Positions 59,498-64,000 of a stretch of 64,000 nucleotides of DNA are shown one piece after another (positions within the stretch are counted from its first letter, which is position 1; each line of letters starts with the position of its first letter). A program made the position numbers and the translations under genes. Source of the DNA: Myxococcales bacterium. GTDB taxonomy: Bacteria > Myxococcota_A > Polyangia > Polyangiales > Polyangiaceae. The stretch covers positions 63,270 through 127,269 of the forward strand of contig JAYTOU010000037.1 of the NCBI GenBank assembly GCA_043747615.1, read 5' to 3'. The notes below the pieces were generated by a model that saw only the letters and a program-made list of their open reading frames with translations, was not told the origin of the DNA and made no database searches.

Positions 59498-60375
59498 GAC
59501 TCGGACTGAAGAGCAGCTTTCTTACGTTGATCGTCATGGCCTTCGCGTTGAGCGCGATCGCCGCGGACTGCGAGGGGAACGTGGTCAAGGATCCGACGTT
59601 CCGTCAGTGGTGCGGCAACACCCTCTGCGCGTGGACGCTCGACGCGGGGCGGATCGAGAAAGCGCCGACGTGGAACGAGATCGACTACGGCGTCTCCTTC
59701 CTCGACATGCCCACCCAGATTTCCCAGGAGAGCGATGAATCCAAGGCGAAATGCCTGGTTTTCACGTCGGTCGCGGACATCGATCCCATGGCGCAGGTCT
59801 CGTTCCTGATCGACTTCGACGCCGATGGGACGATCGATTCCACGACGCAGCTCGGGGCGACGAAGTTCCACGAGGTGAAGGCGGAGATCACCGCGCCGCT
59901 GCGCTACTACCGCATCCGTTTCATGATCAAGAAGGAGGGCACCGGCCGGGCTGTCCTCGCCCAGATGCGCGTGCAGACCTCGACCACGTGCACGGCCGCT
60001 CCGATCGTGGTGAAGGATCTCCCCATCGGCGTCGCGTGCGGTCTCCCTTCCGAGTGCCGCACCGGGATCTGCCCCGGGTGGGGAGCCGTCTGCTCGGAGT
60101 GCTCCGACTACGACGGGCCGGCGCCGTTCTCGGGCGTGACCCCGTGCCCAGGCGGAGCGAAGTGCGCGTCGCGCGGTCTTGGCCTCCCGTACCAGTGCGG
60201 GCCCGGCACCCACGCCGGAGCCTCGAACGCCGAATGCATCGAGGACTCCGATTGTCAGAGCGGAGCGTGCGTGGGGGGGACGCGTCCCATGTCGCAGTGG
60301 GGCGCCGATGCGGGGGCTTGCAAGGCGGAGACGACTCTCGACATTTGCTATGCGGTCGGCGGGCGCTGCCGCTAG
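59494..60375 (+). CDS. Exported Cys-rich hypothetical protein (possible lipoprotein)
   Basis: Hydrophobic leader ending AADC; beta-sandwich region then many Cys; ATGA overlap with caspase gene. Confidence 0.7.
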   Translation: MRLGLKSSFLTLIVMAFALSAIAADCEGNVVKDPTFRQWCGNTLCAWTLDAGRIEKAPTWNEIDYGVSFLDMPTQISQESDESKAKCLVFTSVADIDPMAQVSFLIDFDADGTIDSTTQLGATKFHEVKAEITAPLRYYRIRFMIKKEGTGRAVLAQMRVQTSTTCTAAPIVVKDLPIGVACGLPSECRTGICPGWGAVCSECSDYDGPAPFSGVTPCPGGAKCASRGLGLPYQCGPGTHAGASNAECIEDSDCQSGACVGGTRPMSQWGADAGACKAETTLDICYAVGGRCR

Positions 60376-60379
60376 TCAC

Positions 60380-60838
60380 GTGGAAGCGTACGAGCGCTAC
60401 GGGCGCGCGCTCCTTCGCAAGGCGGAGCGCATCCTCGGCAATTCGGCCGACGCGCAGGACCAAGTGCACGCTCTCTTCGCGGACGTGTACCACCGGACGG
60501 ATCTCGATCTGCCCTATCTTTATAGGGCGATCACCAATCGGTGCCTGAGCTTCATCCGCGACGAGTCCAACCGGACGCGCCTTCTCGAACGCAACGACAC
60601 TGCCTTGCGCGGCATGGTGCGCACGCGCTGCGACGACGAAGTCATCGGCCTCGATCTATTGACCAAGCTCGTACGCGAGCTCGACCAGCGCGAGAGCGAG
60701 GTGCTCGCCTACCGCTACGTCGATGACATGACCCAGGACGAGATCGCCGAGCTGCTCGGGATCAGCCGGAAGACCGTGGGCAAGAAGCTCGATCGGATCC
60801 GGCAAATGGTTGCGCGACTCGAAGAGGTTCCCTCATGA
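60380..60838 (+). CDS. ECF RNA polymerase sigma factor
   Basis: YERYGRALLRKAERILGNSADAQD, YLYRAITNRCL, MTQDEIAELLGISRKTV; GTG start. Confidence 0.88.
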   Translation: MEAYERYGRALLRKAERILGNSADAQDQVHALFADVYHRTDLDLPYLYRAITNRCLSFIRDESNRTRLLERNDTALRGMVRTRCDDEVIGLDLLTKLVRELDQRESEVLAYRYVDDMTQDEIAELLGISRKTVGKKLDRIRQMVARLEEVPS

Positions 60839-61521
60839 CCCACCAATGCATCGACAACCCGATCTCGTGGTTGCGCCTCGAGCGTTACCATCTCGGCGAG
60901 CTCGCGCCCGCGGAACTCGAAGCCATCGAAAGCCACGTGCGAGCCTGCCCGGCCTGCGCGGCTTGCTTGAAGGACGTGGATGACGGCGCGAAAGTCGCAC
61001 TGGCTACGCTTCCCGCCCCGAAGACCAAGGCGCAGGCTCGCTCTGTCGTCCCATTCGTCGTTACGGGCTTGGCGATGGCGGCGGCCGCGGCGCTGTGGAT
61101 CGGGCCTTTTTCCAAGGTCGAGAAGGATCCGCCTATCGCGTGGTCGAACCGGATCAAAGGGGGCGACGTGGCGTTCACGCTTGCGCGCGACGACGATGAG
61201 CTGATCGGCGATGCCGCGGGTACCTACCACGACGGCGATCGCTTCAAGGCGCTCGTCACCTGCCCGGCTGGTCTGGACGCGTCGTGGGATCTCGTCGTAT
61301 TCGAGCGGGGTGAGACATCGTTCCCTCTTGCGTCGGCGACACGCCTGGCGTGCGGCAATGCTGTCCCCCTCGAAGGTGCATTTCGTCTCACCGGGGCCGA
61401 GGTCATGACCGTATGCGTGGTGTGGGGAGAGGCGATCGATCGCGCGAAGATTGGCCGCGATGGCGAGCATGCCCTCGGTGACGCCGCGCGCTGCAAGCTC
61501 CTCCAGCCTGCGCCGAGGTGA
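60835..61521 (+). CDS. Zinc-binding anti-sigma factor with TM and extracytoplasmic domain
   Basis: HVRACPAC (Hx3Cx2C), TM LAMAAAAALW, RIKGG...GDRF (DUF4384-like). Confidence 0.85.
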   Translation: MTHQCIDNPISWLRLERYHLGELAPAELEAIESHVRACPACAACLKDVDDGAKVALATLPAPKTKAQARSVVPFVVTGLAMAAAAALWIGPFSKVEKDPPIAWSNRIKGGDVAFTLARDDDELIGDAAGTYHDGDRFKALVTCPAGLDASWDLVVFERGETSFPLASATRLACGNAVPLEGAFRLTGAEVMTVCVVWGEAIDRAKIGRDGEHALGDAARCKLLQPAPR

Positions 61522-61528
61522 CCAGGCG

Positions 61529-62188
61529 TTGAAGCCCTCGATCGAGCTCCTCTTCGTCGACGAGCACGTCGTCGTCGCGAACAAACCTTCGGGGTTGCTC
61601 GTCCACCGGGGTTGGGACGACGACGACGATGTGGCTCTTTTTCGCGTGCGGGATGCGATCGGGCAGAGGGTGCATGCCATTCATCGCCTCGACCGGGGGA
61701 CGAGCGGCGCTCTTCTCTTTGCGCGCACGCGTGATGCTGCCGCCTGGCTGAGCCGTGCATTCGAGATCGGGCACGTCGAGAAACGCTACCTCGCGCTCGT
61801 CCGCGGCACGCCTCCCGACTCGGGTGTGATCGACTACGCGATTCCGAAAAGCGAGGACGGTCCGAGAGTGGGCGCCGTCACCCGATTTCGCCTGGTCGCG
61901 CGTTCGCAGGTGGACCGCTGTTCGCTCGTCGAAGCCTTTCCAGAGACAGGCCGCCTTCACCAGGTGCGCCGGCACTTGCGCCACATCGATCACCCTCTGG
62001 TCGGAGACGTGAACTACGGCTCGGGGGAGATTAACCGCCGTTACCGTGCAGAATACAACCTTCACCGATTGGCGCTTCACGCTCACTTTCTCGCCTTCGA
62101 GCATCCGGTCACCGGCTCGCGCGTCGAGGTGACCGCTCCGGTGCCCGACGATCTTCTGGCTCCACTCGCCGCCCTCGGTCTGGCATGA
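61529..62188 (+). CDS. truC: RluA-family pseudouridine synthase, TruC-like
   Basis: NKPSGLLVH, HRLDRGTSG, KRYLALVRG, TGRLHQVRRH, HPLVGD. Confidence 0.75.
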   Translation: MKPSIELLFVDEHVVVANKPSGLLVHRGWDDDDDVALFRVRDAIGQRVHAIHRLDRGTSGALLFARTRDAAAWLSRAFEIGHVEKRYLALVRGTPPDSGVIDYAIPKSEDGPRVGAVTRFRLVARSQVDRCSLVEAFPETGRLHQVRRHLRHIDHPLVGDVNYGSGEINRRYRAEYNLHRLALHAHFLAFEHPVTGSRVEVTAPVPDDLLAPLAALGLA

Positions 62189-62856
62189 GCCGCAGAAACA
62201 ACGCCAGCGTCCGCTGCCCGCGCTGCCGCATGCACGAGAGCCTCTGCGTCTGCGCGCTCATTCCGCAGCTCGAGACACGCACGCGCCTCTTGCTCTTGAT
62301 TCACCGCATCGAGGACCGCAAGCCAACGAACACGGGTCGCCTGGCGACGGAGTGCCTCACGAACAGCGAGGTCTTCGTGCGTGGCCACGAATCGGCGCCA
62401 AGCCCGCCCTTTACGTGGGCTCCCGCGACGCAGCCGGTGTTTCTCTTTCCGCACGCGGAGGCGGTCCCGCTCGCGTCGTTCGCGGCGTCGTCACTCCCAG
62501 TGACGCTGATCGTTCCCGACGGCACGTGGCGCCAGGCTTCGAAGGTCCGAAACCGCGTTCCAGGATTGCGCGACGTGCCCTGCGTCTCGATTCCCGCCGA
62601 CGTGCCATCGATCTACCGCCTGCGCACCGAAGCCCACGACGGAGGGCTTGCCACGATCGAAGCCATCGCGCGCGCGTTCGGGATCCTCGAAGGGGTGCAC
62701 GTGAGGCGCGCCCTGGAGAGCGTATTTCGAGCGATGGTGGAGCGCACGCTCTGGGCACGCGGCGAGATTGCAACGTCGGCGGTGAGCGGCGGTATTCCCG
62801 AAGGTGCAATGCGGCACGATCCGCAGAGCGGGGTGCGGAAGGGGGGACTGCACTAG
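62185..62856 (+). CDS. DTW-domain tRNA-uridine aminocarboxypropyltransferase
   Basis: CPRC...CVC, TNTGRL, LFP, DGTWRQA, YRLR, TIEA. Confidence 0.9.
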   Translation: MSRRNNASVRCPRCRMHESLCVCALIPQLETRTRLLLLIHRIEDRKPTNTGRLATECLTNSEVFVRGHESAPSPPFTWAPATQPVFLFPHAEAVPLASFAASSLPVTLIVPDGTWRQASKVRNRVPGLRDVPCVSIPADVPSIYRLRTEAHDGGLATIEAIARAFGILEGVHVRRALESVFRAMVERTLWARGEIATSAVSGGIPEGAMRHDPQSGVRKGGLH

Positions 62857-62879
62857 AATCTTTCGACTACCTTTGGAGC

Positions 62880-64000
62880 ATGAGCTCTGCGTCCGATCTC
62901 GCTCCGGGCATGCGGCTGGATCGCTACGAGATCATTCGCCGTATCAATCGCGGTGGAATGGCGACCGTGTGGATGGCGCGACTTCTCGAAGGGCCCACGG
63001 GAGGCCCCGCGAAGCTCTTCGCGCTGAAGACCATTCTTCCGGAGCTGGCGGGCGACGCCGACATGCGCGCGATGTTTCTCAGCGAAGCCAACATCGCTTC
63101 GCGCATCGAGCATCCGAACGTCGCGCGCGTCTTCGAGCTCGGGGAGGCGCACGGTGTCCTCTTCCAGGTGATGGAGCTCGTAAAGGGGGAAAGCCTCGGC
63201 TACTTCCAGCGCGGGCTCGCCGAGAAGCGGCAGACGTTTCCCATGGGGGTCGCGATGCGCGTTTGCGCCGACGCCTGCCTCGGCCTTCACGCGGCACACG
63301 AACAGCGTGATCCAGACGGGAATCCCGCAGGGATCGTGCACCGTGATGTCTCGCCGCAAAATATTTTGATCGGCCGTGCGGGAATGGCGAAGGTGATCGA
63401 TTTCGGAATCGCCAAGGCGCTCAACCGCGGAACGGAAGAGACACGAGCCGGACTCTTGAAGGGCAAGCTGCGTTACATGTCCCCCGAGCAGGCCAACCGC
63501 GGCAAGATCGATCGGCGGGCCGACGTGTGGTCGATGGGAGCGGTCCTCTATTGCCTGATGAATGGCACTCCGCCCTACGGTGAGAGTGGCGACGTTCAGA
63601 TCATCGCCCGCCTGGTGAAGGGCATAGGACCGGAGGCGCTCCCGGCGAGCGTGCCGGCAGTGGTGAGGGGCATCGTCGAGAAGGCGATGAGCTTCGAGCG
63701 TGAGAATCGCTTCGGATCGACGCTGGAAATGGCGCAAGCCCTCGAGGCTGTGATGATCTCCACCGCCACGACGACGAGCGTGAGCGAGGTCGGAGCCTTC
63801 TGCGTGGCGAATGCGCGTCATGCGGAGGAGCCAGCGCCGACAGTGCTCCCGACGCCGCCGAAGTCTGAACCACCGGCGAGCCCCGAGCCCCCGATGAGCA
63901 CGCGCCGATGGACGAAGATGGCGATCATCGGAGGTGGGCTGCTCCTGGGAGCGGGTGCGTTCCTTCTTGTTCGAGGGGGAACGAAAGCAGAGGCGGGCGA
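62880..64000 (+). CDS. Ser/Thr protein kinase with TM segment, 3'-truncated by window edge
   Basis: Translated by hand: MSSASDLAPGMRLDRYEII...GGMATV, ALK, HRDVSPQN, DFG, YMSPE; TM near the window end; missing from the ORF track because there is no stop. Confidence 0.92.
   Translation, partial: MSSASDLAPGMRLDRYEIIRRINRGGMATVWMARLLEGPTGGPAKLFALKTILPELAGDADMRAMFLSEANIASRIEHPNVARVFELGEAHGVLFQVMELVKGESLGYFQRGLAEKRQTFPMGVAMRVCADACLGLHAAHEQRDPDGNPAGIVHRDVSPQNILIGRAGMAKVIDFGIAKALNRGTEETRAGLLKGKLRYMSPEQANRGKIDRRADVWSMGAVLYCLMNGTPPYGESGDVQIIARLVKGIGPEALPASVPAVVRGIVEKAMSFERENRFGSTLEMAQALEAVMISTATTTSVSEVGAFCVANARHAEEPAPTVLPTPPKSEPPASPEPPMSTRRWTKMAIIGGGLLLGAGAFLLVRGGTKAEAG

Noticed and set aside
1..64000. 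tRNA, rRNA, prophage or defence-island genes
   Set aside because: Intergenic gaps are short, and no cloverleaf/T-loop, rRNA, phage or known defence motifs were recognised by eye

Overview
Gene-dense, high-GC chromosomal segment. The gene content (MYXO-CTERM-like motif, AgmX/PglI and zinc-ribbon proteins, Gly/Cys-rich lipoproteins, several HRDVxP-type Ser/Thr kinases) suggests a myxobacterium, probably Polyangiaceae-like; this is inference. About 58 CDS were called. No rRNA, tRNA, CRISPR array or mobile element was recognised. Recognisable housekeeping content: a UbiD decarboxylase, zwf, a CLC-F-type fluoride exporter, a serA-like dehydrogenase, tdh-kbl, the classical menaquinone genes menF/B/E/C/H/D plus thioesterases, and TruC- and DTW-type tRNA modification enzymes. 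The strongest candidate for an undescribed system is the 3.4-19.8 kb phospho-transfer cluster. It encodes two ATP/ADP-translocase (Npt/AAA) family transporters, an exported atypical-kinase-fold lipoprotein coupled to an Omp85 barrel, a DUF2252 kinase-like protein, two paralogous signal-peptide PAP2 phosphatases, a PP2C, a phytase-like esterase, and a PLC/P1-nuclease-like protein with an internal MYXO-CTERM plus second signal peptide, behind a near-consensus sigma-54 promoter. The second candidate is an exported caspase-beta-barrel / Cys-rich protein / ECF sigma / zinc anti-sigma operon (57.8-61.5 kb). Also noted: a 54-aa entericidin-like lipoprotein missing from the ORF track, two adjacent possible read-through fusions in the men cluster, recurrent TANNNT boxes 5-8 nt before start codons (leaderless-type genes), and a 4x15-bp intergenic repeat. 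All functional calls come from motif reading by eye; no database search was run.
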